In this document: piece after piece, positions 1 through 12,139 of the stretch | Position numbering within the stretch: position 1 is the stretch's first letter | Layout: the number at the start of each line of letters is the position of its first letter | NCBI GenBank assembly: GCA_951406725.2 | Contig: OX597815.1 | Coordinates: forward strand, 208,134,001-208,198,000 | Length of the DNA: 64,000 bases | Source of the DNA: Octopus vulgaris | Taxonomy: Eukaryota | Direction: 5' to 3' | The notes under the pieces: generated by a model | The model's input: the letters and a program-made list of their open reading frames with translations, nothing else | What the model was told of the DNA's origin: nothing | Database searches by the model: none | Program-made: the position numbers and the translations under genes

Positions 1-10
1 TGTAACACAG

Positions 11-250
11 ATACTTATTCTAGCAGTCTATTTTGCTGAAACCACTAAGTTATGAGGATGTAATCAAACCAACACCAGTTGTCAAGTAATGGAGTGGGGA
101 CAAACACTGACACACACACACACACACATACATGATTATGGTGGGTTTCCACACAGTTTTCATCTGTCAAATTCACTCACAAGACACTGGTTGACCTGGA
201 GCTGTAGTGGAAGACACTTGCCCAAGGTGACTTGCAGTGGAACTGAACCC
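11..250 (-). mobile_element. SINE family A, old degenerate partial copy
   Basis: Diverged match to family A body (tacttattcta...ctaagttat...aacaccagttgtcaag...ttcactcacaag...gaagacacttgcccaaggtg...gtggaactgaaccc). Confidence 0.7.
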
Positions 251-256
251 AATATA

Positions 257-389
257 CCCCGGGACTTATTCTTTGTAAGCCCAGTACTTATTCTATCGGT
301 CTCTTTTGCCGAACCGCTAAGTGACGGGGACGTAAACACACCAGCATCGGTTGTCAAGCAATGCTAGGGGGACAAACACAGACACACAA

Positions 390-422
<33 letters not shown>

Positions 423-588
423 CATATATACGACAGGCTTCTTTCAGTTTCCGTCTACCAAATCCACTCACAAGGCTTTGGTCGGCCCGAGGCTCTAGTA
501 GAAGACACCTGCCCAGGATACAATGCAGTGGGACTGAACCCGGAACCATGTGGTTGGTTAGCAAGCTACTTACCACACAGCCACGCCT
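257..588 (-). mobile_element. tRNA-derived SINE family A, young copy lacking 3' tail
   Basis: Near-identical to copies at 34.5, 36.5, 43.6 and 49.2 kb. The minus strand begins with A-box TGGCTGTGTGG and B-box-like GGTTCAGTCCC; internal CA/TA microsatellite. Confidence 0.9.
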
Positions 589-1291
589 GCGCATTAGAGT
601 ATCATTTGCTGTGTATTATTCTCAAATTCTAAATCTGATGCTTATCATTCACAATTATACATCTTTTATCTTTTACTTGCTTCAGTCATTAGATTCTGGC
701 CATACTGGGCCACAGTCTTGGAGGATTTTAGTTGAGCAAATCTACCCCTGTACTTATTTTTGAGTTTTTTTATACTTGTTTTAGTCATTTGACACTGGCC
801 ATGCTGGACCCTTATTCTATCAGTTTTTCTTGCCAAGCTGGAATTTTTAACATTTGTTACAGGTTTCTAAATATTACAAGTCTTTATTTATAATTAATGA
901 GTACATAAATAAATATTTTGCATGTTGTAATTTCAGAAATTTCTTTTATCGTATGAGTGTTAAGAAAATATTCAAAGATAGCAAAATACAAAGCAAAGAA
1001 TATCCTCATGTTTTATATGATGATATTCATACAAAATATTATAAAATCATATCTCTCCATTTATATATATACAAATAAGAAAATGGAGGAAAAAATTCAT
1101 TTCAATCATCAACTTACAGATATTACCATTTCATATTATTTATTAACTAGGAACATCCAAATCGAACAAAACAATATACATCAATATGCAAGATAATAAT
1201 ACCATAAGAATAATACACATAAAATGGACCTTACAGCTGTTTCAGCCTATAGATAAAAGTACACCCTCATAACCCTTATCTTACTTTGTAC

Positions 1292-1324
<33 letters not shown>

Positions 1325-2918
1325 TTGTATCATCATTATCATATCATCGTATATATTCATATATATATCGTTTTGTTTTTAAAATTCCAAGTTATCTCGA
1401 TATCAAAATAGAATATTATTTAAAGTTCTTGGGAATTCTTTCTGATAAATGTTACACACAATACATGAAATATGTGCAGTATATGAACATGCAACATGAT
1501 ATCTAGTTATCATTTTATAGAAATAAAACATATGCAAGGTACTATCAGAGTGAAACATTATGTTTAATATCTAACATGTGGTGGTATTTAAAGACTTAAA
1601 ACATCTTAAATGCATTTATAATTCATTTGAACAATTCAATTGATAAATGATATAAATATGGATTTTTAAAATCGTCAGCATCTTTCTAAAATTGATATAA
1701 CATCCCAGAAATGCTGTTGCTGAGATTCAATGTTAAAATATTGATATGATTTAATAATGAGATAACGATGAAAGCAAATAAAAAGAAACCAAACTAATAA
1801 TGCTACGGTTGTTTTATTCCTACTTTTAATTTTCTGCCTTTTGTTTTGTTTTTTTTCCTGGTACATATAAACAATAAATATTCAAGCAATCATTAATCAC
1901 TTCTTTCAGAGATCTTTACAAATTAAAACAAGAATGTGTATGTATGGACATATGTGTGTGTGTGTGTTATGTTTATGAATAATATCTAATAATCTTGTCA
2001 CATTTAAATCGAAAATTCAGCATTATTGTGATTGGCTGAGAGTAACAATAGACCAAAGATAGTTTAGATTTCCTTAAATAGCTTAAGAAATATTTTTATA
2101 TGATAAAATATGCTGCACATGCATTGGGAATATGTTTTACATTCATTGGTTCGTTGAATATTTTTAACTAACTTAGCTGTTCTGATTATGCAAGCTTATC
2201 ATATACTCTATTGTATGCAAAGGAAAAACGAGAAAAAACAAAAAGGAATTAATTGTGAGTAAGAATAAGTAGTTCCCTCTCACCATTATCAATAGAACAT
2301 ATGAGTAGAACAATCAAAAAACAAAAAAAAAAAAACAAAAATAAAACAACTTGGGCATGGACTTTCTTCTGGCTAGAAATAACAGCCAGTACTCCTTCAG
2401 AGACATATAAAGCTGACTTAAAACAAAAGATATATTGGATAATATTGACCTTCCTGAGTGAAAGAAATGAGGGTCATATGTTTAACACTTTTGATCATGA
2501 GCCTGTTCAAAGAAGGCTCACCTGGAAGCCAAAGAACAACAGCAACAACAACGACAACAATAGATATATCAACAGCAACATGGTCTATGAAGAAATTTTA
2601 AAAAAAACTATGGATAGCTTGAAGTGATAGAAAGTCAGATATGGTAACATTCTTTTTTTTTTTAAGAAAAAAACCCTATACCCCAACTTGCAAACCCATC
2701 CAATCACCTTTCAGCTCAATCCCTCCCTTTTTTCTCAACCTTCTCTCCAATCCTTTCTCATTTCTCTGTTCCTGGTATATCAAAGAAACTACTGATGCAA
2801 AACTTGGGGCATTTGGATCTACATTCAAGATTTCCTATCTGATGTTTGGAACATTCCACCTGACAGTTATTACACATGTAGATCTAACATGTTACCCACA
2901 ACACTGTTTTATCAGATA

Positions 2919-3219
2919 CTAGCAGTATCGCCCGGCGTTGCTCGGGTTTGTAAGGGAAATAACTATATAAGCATTTTTAGAGAGTTACTTCCTTTATATA
3001 ATAGCAAAAAATGCATTAAAATGGGAAAAAATCATGGTAATTTTTCTTTTAAATCGTAGACTCATCGTAGATGCGCGCTAATACCCAGAAGGGCTCGATA
3101 TGAATCACGACTATAAGCTACCCGCTTTTGGTTAAACTGCACCGCAAAATGTGGGAGTAGTTAGGAATCTAAATCATAGGAGACAGACACTCACACAACT
3201 TCACATTTATATATAAAGA
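2919..3219 (-). mobile_element. Non-autonomous Helitron
   Basis: Minus strand has 5' TC(TTTATATATAAA), subterminal hairpin CCCGAGCAACGCCGGG and 3' CTAG, inserted between A and T with no TSD. Homologous to 61775-62173. Confidence 0.85.
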
Positions 3220-3558
3220 TAACCTACACGAAATTCAAAACACTGGTACTGTCACATACAACCAACATGTAACTGACATCACAATATATAGGGCCTTCAT
3301 TAGCTAATGTTAACCATGCATTGGCAGTCTTTATCTTTTATCTTTTCTTTGATTTAGTCATAGGACTACAGCCATGCTGGGGCACTGCTTCAAATGGTTT
3401 AAACAATCAAATGAACCCCAGTACTTTTTATTTTAAACCTGGTACTTCTTTACTGGTCTCTATTTCCAAACCACTAAATTACAGGGATGTAAACAAACCA
3501 ACTCCAGTTGTCAAGTGGAGCAGGGCATCAAGCACAAAGGTATACAGATACACACTGA

Positions 3559-3867
3559 TACATACATACATACATACACACACACATACATACATGCATG
3601 CATACATACATACATACATACATACATACATACATACGTGCATGCATACATACATACATACATACATACATACATACATGCATGCATGCATACATACGTG
3701 CATGCATGCATACATACATACATACATACATACATGCATGCATACATACATGCATGCATACATACATACGTGCATGCATGCATACATACATACATACATA
3801 CAAACATACATACATACATACATACATACATACATGCATGCATACATACATGCATGCATACATACAT

Positions 3868-3924
<57 letters not shown>

Positions 3925-3967
3925 TACATACATACATACATACATACATTCATACAAGCATACATAC
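3559..3967. repeat. (TACA/TGCA)n and (CA)n compound microsatellite
   Basis: Visible tandem tetra- and dinucleotide repeats; source of the spurious HTYI/MYVC ORFs. Confidence 0.95.
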
Positions 3968-5209
3968 AACAATATGCATGAGAATACATGCATGAAAACA
4001 AAATACACAAAACTGCTCATGCACTGACTCCAAATACTGCACAGATATACATATGAAGGGTCGCTGAAAAGGTCTCGCATATAACCTACGTGTAACAGAC
4101 AGCACTTATATTACTCTAACATACCACAGTGGGATTGTCATATGTATGGAACAATATTGATAAAAATATTAAGAACATACAGGAAATGTTATTCTTGTGA
4201 TATAGTCTGGGGATAATAAGGACATATGGAATTTAACTTATAATTTCGAAGTTATAAAATATCATTTTGCCCTTGGTAGTCTTGTATTATGTCAATGCGA
4301 CTGCCATTCAAATTTCAATGATACTCAGTTGTTATTGAAAGATAATATCAAGTTTTAAACAAATGTATATCATGATGCAGAAAATTTTTGAATTTGCAGC
4401 AGCATCAAACTCATAACAGCAAAAAAAAAAGGAAAAAAGCAGATATTAAATATAAGAATGGAAATACGAATGAAAACAAAAGACAAACAACATAATAATA
4501 AGTTTCCTATGTTTGGTTCATTAGAATAAATATTTAAACATACACTACACAATCATCATTATATTTGCTTTTCTTCTAAATTTTCAGAGTTTAAAAACAT
4601 TATTTAAAAAAAAAAAAAATATTTGAATTTTTATTAAATTTTTTTTTTTTTGTATATTTGTTGTTAGAATAAAGATAAGATTTGTTCTTGAACGATCAAT
4701 AACAAAAATGTTACCTGATAAAGTATACTTGTACAAATTAAGGAAACAATCATATTACAAAATGCTACAACCCCATCATTGAGATTAAATATCAGTTGAA
4801 AAGCCAAGCATAAGCCATAATCAGTAGAATCTAAGGTTTATGTAGTAACATTTTCTTTTAGTTCAGAGAGTGCTGAAGAAAGCAACGGAACGGGTTGCTT
4901 TAATAATAATAATAATTGTGTACAGTGCTCAGGTGCACTACATACTGTTGTATTTAATGAAATACAACAGTATGTTTTTGCATTGATTTAGCTGAACATA
5001 ACGCTAATTATACTACCCTTAAATACACATAATCATACATACATATATACATGAATCCATCCATACCTACCTACCTACCTACCTACCTACATACATACAT
5101 ACATGCATGCATACATACGTACATACAGCTAAATGCATGAGAATGCATACATGAAAACAAAATATACAAAACTGCTTATGTACCGACTCCAAATACTGCA
5201 CATATATAC

Positions 5210-5426
5210 ATATGGGGGGTGGGGTGGGGGCTGAAAAGTTCCTGGCTTTAAGGGTATTCCGAAAGACCCAACCACCCAATTTCTTTTACAGAGCTTGGAA
5301 AAACCGAAAGACCACTGCAATAAATGCAATGAATCTGAGATAATATTTTGGATAAAGCCATAATTAACTGATCCTCCTGTATTTTCTTTTACCAAAATAC
5401 AGGAACTTTTCAGCAGTACCTCCTTA
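5210..5426 (+). mobile_element. Mariner-type MITE / internally deleted element
   Basis: Inverted ends GCTGAAAAGTTCCTG ... CAGGAACTTTTCAGC near TA dinucleotides; interior resembles a decayed mariner transposase C-terminus. Confidence 0.55.
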
Positions 5427-5427
5427 C

Positions 5428-5630
5428 ATCATCATCATCGTTTAATGTCCACTTTCCATGCTAGCATGTGTTAGACGATTTGACTGAGGGCTGGCGAACC
5501 AGATAGCTGCACCAGTCTCCAATCTTGATCTGGCAGAGTTTCTACAGCTGGATGCCCTTCCTAACGCCAACCACTCCGAGAGTGTAGTGGGTGCTTTTAT
5601 GTGCCACCGACATGAGGGCCAGTCAGGTGG
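5428..5630 (-). mobile_element. Retroposon family C ((GAT)n tail), 5'-truncated
   Basis: catcatcatcgtttaatgtccactttccatgctagcatg...ggatgcccttcctaacgccaaccactcc...gtgcttttatgtgccacc; same as copies at 21.85 and 61.1 kb. Confidence 0.85.
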
Positions 5631-6465
5631 TATGCATGTATGTATGTATGTATGCTGGTATGTATGACTGCAATGTGCATGTGTGTGTGTGTAAAGTCAC
5701 ATGTCCTAGTGGTTAAGGATTTAAGCTCATGATCATATTGCCATGGGTTCAATTCCTGGATCTGGACGTACATTGTGTCCTTGAGAAAAGTACTTTATTT
5801 CACTGACCCCCCAAAAGATTGAAAGACAAAGTTCACTGTACTGGGATTTGAAAAGTCAAACTAAATACTAGTATTTAGTTTGAACTCAGAATGTAAAGAC
5901 AGACGAATTACCGTTAAGCATTTCGCCTGGCAAGCTAACATTTCTGTCAGCTCACCGCCTTCTGCCCACATCTCATCGCTACCACCACCATCGCTACTAC
6001 TACTACTACTACAAATAATAATAATAATACCACCACCACCACCACCACCACTACCATTGCCATTGCCACCACTTTTTGTTAACTTGTTCTTGCCCCTTTC
6101 ATATTGAATTCTACTTTGGAAATGATCATTGAGATATACAATCGATACTTGAATTTTAAACGTTAAACTTAAGTAGTTTCTTGACTCGTATTCTCCAGAT
6201 TGGAAGATGAGCCGAAATAACTGAACATGTACACGGAAAAAGTAAAAAAGAATCTTACATTGAGGCTGCCAAGAAAAGGAAATGAAGTATGAGAAGACTT
6301 ATTTCATATTGGAAATTGCCATTCATCTCCATCACATCATCTCTGCATAATCATATCTGTTATCATTTGCCTTTGTATATCACATTATTTAACATTTGTT
6401 TCAAAGCCATTATCAAGAGCAGCATGAGAGGTAAGACACATTTGATAATACATATGATGTCATGG

Positions 6466-6650
6466 TATCACACAAGCACACACACACACACACACGCATG
6501 CATGCATACACACACACACACGCATACACACACACACACACATCACACAGGCACACATATAAACATAGATATCACACAAGCAAGCACACATGTACATGCA
6601 GATATTGCACAAGTACACATATACATGCAGATATCACACAAGCATACATA

Positions 6651-6697
<47 letters not shown>

Positions 6698-6855
6698 CTA
6701 TCCCACAGGCACACATTGAGCACACACACACATCTCACAGGTACACATATACACATAGATATCATGCAAGCAAGCAGACATATGCATGTGTATATCATAC
6801 AATTACACATATACATGCAGATATCACACAAGCATACATACACACACACACACAT

Positions 6856-6891
<36 letters not shown>

Positions 6892-7090
6892 CCCAGAGGC
6901 ACAAATTGAGCACACACACACGTCACACATATACACATAGATATCACACAAGCAAGCACACACATGTACATGCAGATATTGCACAAGTACACATATATGT
7001 GCAGATATCACACAAGCATATACACACACACATATATCCCACAGGCACAAACTGAGCACACATGCACACACACACGCACACACACACACA
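6466..7090. repeat. CA-rich compound minisatellite
   Basis: Recurring blocks gatatcacacaagca, gatattgcacaagtac and tcccacaggcac...ttgagcac among CA/TA runs. Confidence 0.8.
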
Positions 7091-9281
7091 GACACATCCA
7101 GTGTTAAGTGGAGTAAAAACTGGCAGTAACATTTGATTCTGCACACAAAAGATTGTTGATTAGAAGAAGTCCGTTTTGAATATATAATCAATTTATAATT
7201 ACATAATTCAATCTTGTGCAAGTGTGTGTGTGTGTGTGTGTGTTTGTGCATGTTAATATGCACATACACGTGTGTCTGAATGCAGATTTACTTGTGCATG
7301 TAATCTAATCCCTATACTGAAAGCAAAGAGTTATAGTATAAAATAGGATCATCGTTATCACCATCAATCATAATAATAATAATAATAATAGTAATAATAA
7401 TAATAATAGTAATAGTAACAACAACAGCAACAACAATGAAAATGGCAATGTTAATAATGATGATGATGATGATGATGATATTAGCTTCAGTTCTCGTTTG
7501 ACAAAGCTGGCATACTTTCAATAGTACTTCAATGAGCTTTCAATACTCCTTTGTCATGCGTTTCTGTGACTCTTACCTCTGTTAATTCAAGGATTCCTGT
7601 GTTCGCTTTGGATTACATCTACATCAGACTTTATCGTTACCAGTTCCGAACATTCTTCTTCTAGCATCTATTTTTCATCCTTTTTAATATATGCCCATAT
7701 GACCTTCCTTTTATCTATATATCCTTCGCGTGTCCAGTTACGTTCATAGCTCCCAAGTGCACTAATTTTATCAATAAGGTACTACTTTGAAGGGGAAATT
7801 TAGTTCACAGTCAGTTGAAATCAATTTTGCTCTTTCCTTTTATCTCTTGCATAACTTCAATATCAATATGTCGTATGAAATATGTAAAACAGGATGGTCA
7901 TAACTGAAAGAATCTTTCTATATTTGCTACTTATTAGCATCTCCTTTCATTTCTCATGCCGAGCTGAATAAATATGAGAATATAAAAATACAAAGCACCA
8001 GCTTCATAACAATGAACCAATCTACTGAATAGACACAAGAGCCAACATATTTTATTTCGCTACCAAATGGTTGTATACTACTAGAATTTTCAGCAGATGA
8101 CTAAAATCTAAAGATTGATGGAATTTTTTTCCTCAAAAAGAAAAAAAAAAAGAAAAGAAAGTTTCTTAAAATTAAAAGGGCAGTTTTATCTTCATGTTTA
8201 ATGAATCTTCCTCCATCTTTGATTTCTCTGAAGAAACTATATTTCATGTATTCTGAAGATTTCCATTTCAACCTGCTAATCAATTGTTTTGGTTGTTGTT
8301 TTTTTTTGTTTTTGCTTTTTTTTGTTGTTTCTCTTTCATGTCATTCTTCTGGTTATTATTTGTCGTGAGATCAGTTTTACTCTCATAAGGTAAATCATGG
8401 TCAAGACCATTGGAAAGTAAGTAATCAATGTTCATTAACCATGGTTCACCACATGATGGCTGTTATCCGGCCACTGAAGCTTTTTATAGACTGACTGTTG
8501 TCATATAATGGTTTTAGTCTTTTTTTTTTTTTTACCCAATTATAGACTGGTCAAATAATTCAAATCTACATAGTTGATACTAGAAAAAAAAAATATTGTT
8601 GCTACCAAAAAATGATGTTTAGATAATAGACATCATATTCAATTTCACCAAAGATTGCCCATGATTTAGATTTCCAGATATGTATGATAATGCTAAATGT
8701 TGAAGGACATTTATATCCTATTGGTACAGTTCTCATAGGGACCTTTAACTTTGATCTCACAAATAAAATACTAAGAATTATTATTTTGGTGATATATGAC
8801 TTGCTTCCAGGATTTATGGTGAGTTATTTTACCCTCTGGGTTTCGTGCTTCCATGTTGCAAATCTTCAATATAATTGTCATGTCTTTCTTGTTATTCTGG
8901 CGTTATTTCCTTGGTTTCCTAAAGGATCACTTGTCAAGTTGCACTTCTCAGCAGATTTGGTTTTTTCAAGATCTTGGATCACACAATTTTCACAATTCTG
9001 TACAACTACAACTGACCAACCAACATGATATTCTCTTTAATGATTTCTTGTCTTCCTATTCACTTTTTGCTTCTTCTCTCATTTTTCCCTACATCCAAAG
9101 CTCAAATTCTTCATGTCAACATTTTTTGCCACTTCTTGAGGTTCACTCATTGTTTGCCTTCATATACATGCTATACATGTACACAGAAACAGAAATCCTT
9201 GCCTATCTGAACATATGGGTCTCTACTTTCATTTCTATAGTACTTTTTTCTCAAAGTTTTTGTCAAAAATCCAAACACGAA

Positions 9282-9654
9282 TCTCTATATATATATATAA
9301 AGCTGAAGTTGTCTGTGTATGGCAGGTTTGGTATCCTTCAACTAACACTATCTCTTCCGAGACCCTGTGGTGCAAGTTGACCAAAGTTGAGAGTATGATA
9401 GAAGAAAAAATTCAAATCGGACCATATTAACACCAAAAATTATTTACATCAAAAAGGTGCTTTTTTTTTCTATGAAAATCCCTATTTTTAAAGATTTTTT
9501 TTACTGCTGTGTCACCATTTTTCGGTGTATTTCAACCAGAAAAATGTTCACTTAAAGAGAATAACAAGCTACATAATGCAAAATTTTTACTTTTCAAAAA
9601 TTCCAATTCTAAAGGGTCGAAACAAACCTGAGTAATGCTGGGCGATGCTGCTAG
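9282..9654 (+). mobile_element. Non-autonomous Helitron, second subfamily
   Basis: A|TCTCTATATATA start and ...ACAAACCTGAGTAATGCTGGGCGATGCTGCTAG|T end. Termini match the 2.9 and 61.8 kb Helitrons but the interior differs. Confidence 0.75.
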
Positions 9655-10880
9655 TAAATAATATTTTTGTCTTGTTTCCATTGTAGTATACACTTAAATA
9701 GTCAAATTTTTCCTTGTATTAGTTTACTGATGCAGAGTTAACTACAAATTATTTGATAAGAATTTCTCAGAGATATTGAACAGTGACATAATCATTAATA
9801 TATCGTTTCAGTTTATATTTGGTAACTAGAAGACAGGAGGTGATTGTAAATGATAACAGCATGATACTAAACTTTAATATAGTTGCCATTGAAACAAAAT
9901 AAGGTTAGATATAAATAACTGTAGACTTAGAGATCTTATTAAGATATCTAAATATCAAGACAGTAGAATTCAATAATAAATGTCTAAGACACGCAGCTTC
10001 ATCAGAAATCAAATCTTCAGCTTACCCTAAGGATTAAGAATGATTATCCTACAAATGTTTCTTAATGGATAGTATACTTGACTAGAGATCTTTATCCAGT
10101 AATATAATTAAGAATACTTTCTCAACCGAAGTTTTACTATTCATTACTAGTAAACTGCATCTTTGCTTATCACTTTGGAAATGGTAACATTTAAATTGGA
10201 AATCTGAAATTCTAAAATTAAACTAAATTAAATTCAGTCTGCTGTGAGAAAAAAATAAATAAATAATAATTGCTATTTTCTATTTTGTCCCCGAAAAGCT
10301 GAAAGCTGACAACAAATCAATGTAAAGTATCAATTATCTTCATTTTCTTCGCTTTCATATCTTGTTAGACCCCTTGAATTTGTTGTCTTATATAAGTTTT
10401 TAGAACAGTAATTTGATGTGTTCTGAAGTAGTAGCTTCCGGATATCACAAGGCAGGTGATATACTATTCAACTTTTTCAAAGATAATTGAAATGAATGAT
10501 GAATGTGTCAAAAAAAAACAAAAACAAAAAAAAAAAATAAAACAAAAAAGAAAAAGTAAAAAAAAAAGGAATTACTTCTTGCAAATTACCTTTGTCTTAA
10601 ATTTTCTCTTTCAAAACAAACAGTTTTTGTCTTTCATTTTACATACTCTTGCCTATAACACTATCAACTTCTCTGCAAATCTAATTTTAAAGAGATGTTT
10701 TCGTTTGGCTTAATCTATGAGTATACTTCATTTTCTTTCATCATTAACCTTTTGAAGATTTCTTCTCACTGTTCCACCTTTTATAAAGCTTTCTGCTTTT
10801 CACTTTTATCTATCTTCACATTTTAAAAGAATCCTTAACTAATATGCATTTTAATAACTCTACTATTTCTAGCAATCCAA

Positions 10881-10913
<33 letters not shown>

Positions 10914-11216
10914 CATATATACATATATACATACACACACACACATACACACAATCATATTCTTTTATTCATTTACTTGTTTCAGTCATTTGACTGTGGC
11001 CATGCTGGAGCATCGTCTTTAGTTGAAGAAATCGACCTCCACTTGCTAAAATCAGAGCCAAGACTCCAAACCCCCCATCAATGCCCCATCATGGGCAATG
11101 CAAGGAACATATCAGAAACAGGCTTACCTTTGCATTGAATACATCAGTAAGTAATGTATATTTCAATACCAATTGATTTTAGCACCTGGTATGAAATACC
11201 CTACTGATTCTAAATT

Positions 11217-11255
<39 letters not shown>

Positions 11256-11266
11256 TATATAGAAGG

Positions 11267-11317
11267 AGCTTCTACAGGACTAGTACTGTTTCATTCAAGA
11301 GAAATCTTCAGGAAGCT
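11267..11317 (-). ncRNA. Type I hammerhead ribozyme motif (Penelope-like element type)
   Basis: Minus strand: AGCUUC-CUGAAGA-UUUC UCUU GAAU-GAAA-CAG UACUAGUC CUG-UA-GAAGCU. It has a 6-bp stem I, intact core boxes, stem III and a GUA cleavage triplet; the stem II closing pair is U-U. AATAAA follows about 10 nt downstream. Confidence 0.75.
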
Positions 11318-11320
11318 ATT

Positions 11321-11560
11321 TAACAAGAATTGTATTAGCATTTATACATTTAGGCAGGTTTAAAGGAGTGGTGGTGGGGGACTTTTGGGGTAGGCATAGC
11401 GCAAAATATCATACTTGGGGGAGTGGTCAAGGAGTCACTCCCCCAAGTATGACCACTCCCCCAAGTATGATATTTTGCGCTATGCCTACCCCCAAAAAGT
11501 CCCCCACCACCACTCCTTTAAACCTGCCTAAATGTATAAATGCTAATACAATTCTTGTTA
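11321..11560. repeat. ~110-bp-arm near-perfect inverted repeat
   Basis: 11321-11429 is the reverse complement of 11450-11560 apart from small homopolymer-length differences; 20-nt spacer. Confidence 0.95.
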
Positions 11561-11601
11561 CTCTGCTATGTATATATATATATATAAGCAAAAGTAAATC
11601 T

Positions 11602-11642
11602 CTGATATAGGTATATACGGCCAATACCCAGAAACTCGAGTC
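11602..11642 (+). ncRNA. Degenerate hammerhead ribozyme remnant
   Basis: CUGAUA-UAGGUAU...AUACCCA-GAAAC-UCGA-GUC: stem II, GAAA box, palindromic stem III loop and GUC site. The core lacks one G and stem I is not matched. Confidence 0.5.
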
Positions 11643-11940
11643 CGTGTGTATCATACAGGTTGAAGATGTGGAAGGATGGCTTATTTGCAAATACTGATGG
11701 GGCACAGAAAGTGTGTCTATAGCCAGCTGGAGGAGGTGTCCACCTGGGGCTACAAGCTACAGTAGCATCCACCCTTAGGGTTAGCCATATTTAAATGGAA
11801 AATATACTTCACTATATATATATATATATATATATATAGTACGTTTAAATATAAGCATGCGCAAATGAAGACATACAATAGAAATACAAAATGGCTGACG
11901 GTTAGTAAGGAGAGACACAAGTAAGTGAGAAGAAAACAAA

Positions 11941-11985
11941 GGACCACTGATGCGGTCACAGGAGTGTGACGAAAGAACTTTGGCC
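11941..11985 (+). ncRNA. Degenerate type I hammerhead ribozyme motif
   Basis: GGACCA-CUGAUGCG-GUCACA GGAG UGUGAC-GAAAG AA CUU-UGGCC; perfect 6-bp stem II; AATAAA ~25 nt downstream; cassette bounded by (TA)n. Confidence 0.55.
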
Positions 11986-12099
11986 GAAATAAGATTAAGA
12001 TTAATGTAAAAAATAAATATCACTGAAGCAAAATAACACCAAATATATAGTGCGTGTGTTTTTATTGGCTAAACTGGCAATATGACCATTCCGAAATAT

Positions 12100-12139
<40 letters not shown>

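Noticed and set aside
351-632. Recurrent ORF MSSNARGTNTDTQTH... seen at several loci, resembling a gene family
   Set aside because: It is the antisense translation of SINE family A, with frames varying between copies.
3321-4080. Long overlapping ORFs (up to 224 aa) on both strands
   Set aside because: Translations of a SINE fragment plus (TACA)/(CA) microsatellite. The same applies to the ORFs at 6.3-7.3, 16.9-17.4, 19.0, 27.5, 39.7, 56.7-57.6 and 58.2-59.8 kb.
11128-11210. Minus-strand exon candidate ending in AAG|GTAAGC
   Set aside because: All three frames contain stops from either plausible acceptor.
11694-11720. CTGATGG-GGCACA-GAAAG-TGTGTC as another hammerhead
   Set aside because: GAAA lies in the hairpin loop rather than after stem II; no stem III or cleavage site.
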